A DNA stretch of 64,000 nt, taken from NCBI RefSeq assembly GCF_018350175.1, contig NC_058383.1:1612001-1676000 (forward strand), written 5' to 3'. Every line of letters begins with the position of its first letter. Positions within the stretch are counted from its first letter, which is position 1. This document shows positions 62,930 to 64,000 of this stretch, in pieces. A program made the translations under genes and the position numbers. The notes below the pieces were generated by a model. The model did no database searches. It had not been told where the DNA came from and saw only the letters and a list, made by a program, of their open reading frames with translations. The DNA comes from Felis catus (taxonomy: Eukaryota).

Positions 62930-63790
62930 TGCGGCTGGACACGGTGATGAGCACGACCCACAGGCAGGAGGGCTGAACAGGACCACCCGCCGAGTGGATC
63001 TAACAGGAACTGGTACAACGCACCAGCCAACGACAACACAATCCTTCTCCGGGACAGACCACATTTGGGGCATTTAACAAACCTTAACAAATTTCTTAAA
63101 CTGGCATTACACAAACTACATTCACAGACCACAAGGGAATGACACCAGATGCCGGTGACACGACAGGGAAATCCCCAAACATCTGCAAATCTAACAACAC
63201 ACATCAAAACAATAGGTCGTTTAGCAAAACGACTGAGATTATAAACTACGTTTACCTGAACGAAACGAAAGCACGGCATCCAAAAAGGTGGGACGCGGCT
63301 GAAGCAGTGCTCGGAGCGAACTTTGTAGCCGTGAACGCTCATATTACAAACCAAGATCTCAGATCAATAATCTAGGCCTCCACCTCAAGAGACTAGGAAG
63401 AAGGAAAGAAAATATACCAGGAGCGGGCAGAAGGAAGGATCGACAAGGAGCAGAAATTAACGAGACAGAAAACAGAAAAGCAAAGAGAGAAAGGGGAGAA
63501 AGCAGACACCAGTTCTGTGAAGAAGCCTGTTAAACAGCGAACGTCCGGCAAGGCTGCAAAGACCAGAGAACACGGAGAACGTGAGGTAATAACGTCGGGA
63601 AGGAGAGGCTCCCGCTGTGGGTCCTGCAGACAGAACGGGGACTGTACACAGCACCACACACGGGCCCCGACAACCTACATGGGACGCACCAATTCTCCCA
63701 GGTACCCAAATTCTCTGAGACAAATTACCCAGCCTGGGTGGGTACTTCTGTGACTGGCGGAGGGATGACATCGTGAGTGAAACACCACAC
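62930..63790 (+). mobile_element. Old L1 ORF2 remnant
   Basis: cagaccacatttggggcatttaacaaaccttaacaaatt (DHI.GH...LNKF), ggtgggacgcggctgaagcagtgct (WDAA.AVL), gatcaataatctaggcctccacctcaagagactagg. Confidence 0.8.
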
Positions 63791-63797
63791 GCAACAA

Positions 63798-63984
63798 GGA
63801 CGCCTGGGTGGCTCAGTCGGTTAGGCCTCTGACCCTCGATTCAGCTCAGGTCACGATCTCCACAGTTTATGAGTTCAAGCCCCGCGTCGGGCTCTGCACT
63901 GACAGTGCTGAGCTTTCTTGGGATTCTCTCTCTCCCCCTCTCTGTGCCCCTCCCCTGCTTGTGCTCTCTCAAAATAAATAAAAA
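63798..63984 (+). mobile_element. Older Can-SINE
   Basis: gacgcctgggtggctcagtcggttaggcctctgac...gagttcaagccccgcgtcgggctctgcactgacagtg...aaaataaataaaaa. Confidence 0.9.
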
Positions 63985-64000
63985 TATTTTTTACAGATTA

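Larger units (their letters stand above)
1..64000 (-). other. MAD1L1: MAD1L1 gene body, 3' part: introns and three coding exons; gene continues past both window edges
   Basis: Three minus-strand exons splice in frame into the MAD1 C-terminal sequence. Introns are 30325-54717 (24,393 nt) and 1968-30116 (28,149 nt). Confidence 0.95.

Noticed and set aside
1..64000. A discrete CpG-island promoter or a novel multi-gene system
   Set aside because: CpG richness is diffuse across the window rather than focal, and all recognisable coding signal belongs to MAD1L1.

Overview
This is mammalian genomic DNA, not microbial. It is very GC- and CpG-rich and carries felid-type Can-SINEs (SINEC_Fc-like), so it most likely comes from a cat-family genome. 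The whole 64 kb lies inside the 3' part of MAD1L1 (spindle-assembly-checkpoint protein MAD1) on the minus strand. Three coding exons resolve to the base with canonical AG/GT sites and chain in frame: 54808-54718 (91 nt), 30324-30117 (208 nt, MAD2-interaction motif) and 1967-1777 (191 nt, RLK and QYRL motifs). They correspond to human exons 16-18, and the last exon lies beyond the left edge. The rest is intron. It holds eight Can-SINEs (two with clear TSDs, one nested in an older SINE), many old L1 remnants, MLT1 LTRs, an internally deleted Tigger1, L2/MIR relics, several minisatellites, two CA-rich blocks and about ten short AT-rich islands dense in homeodomain/POU/FOX motifs that look like conserved enhancers. 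The long six-frame ORFs are GC-content or repeat artefacts. I see no convincing new gene or biological system. The best leads are the candidate enhancer islands, the AT-to-GC shift of ancient repeats, an L1-derived 61-bp minisatellite, and a ~520-nt AG-free pyrimidine tract on the pre-mRNA that ends in a candidate cryptic acceptor. Repeat family names come from remembered consensus sequences and need RepeatMasker/Dfam confirmation; repeat boundaries are approximate.
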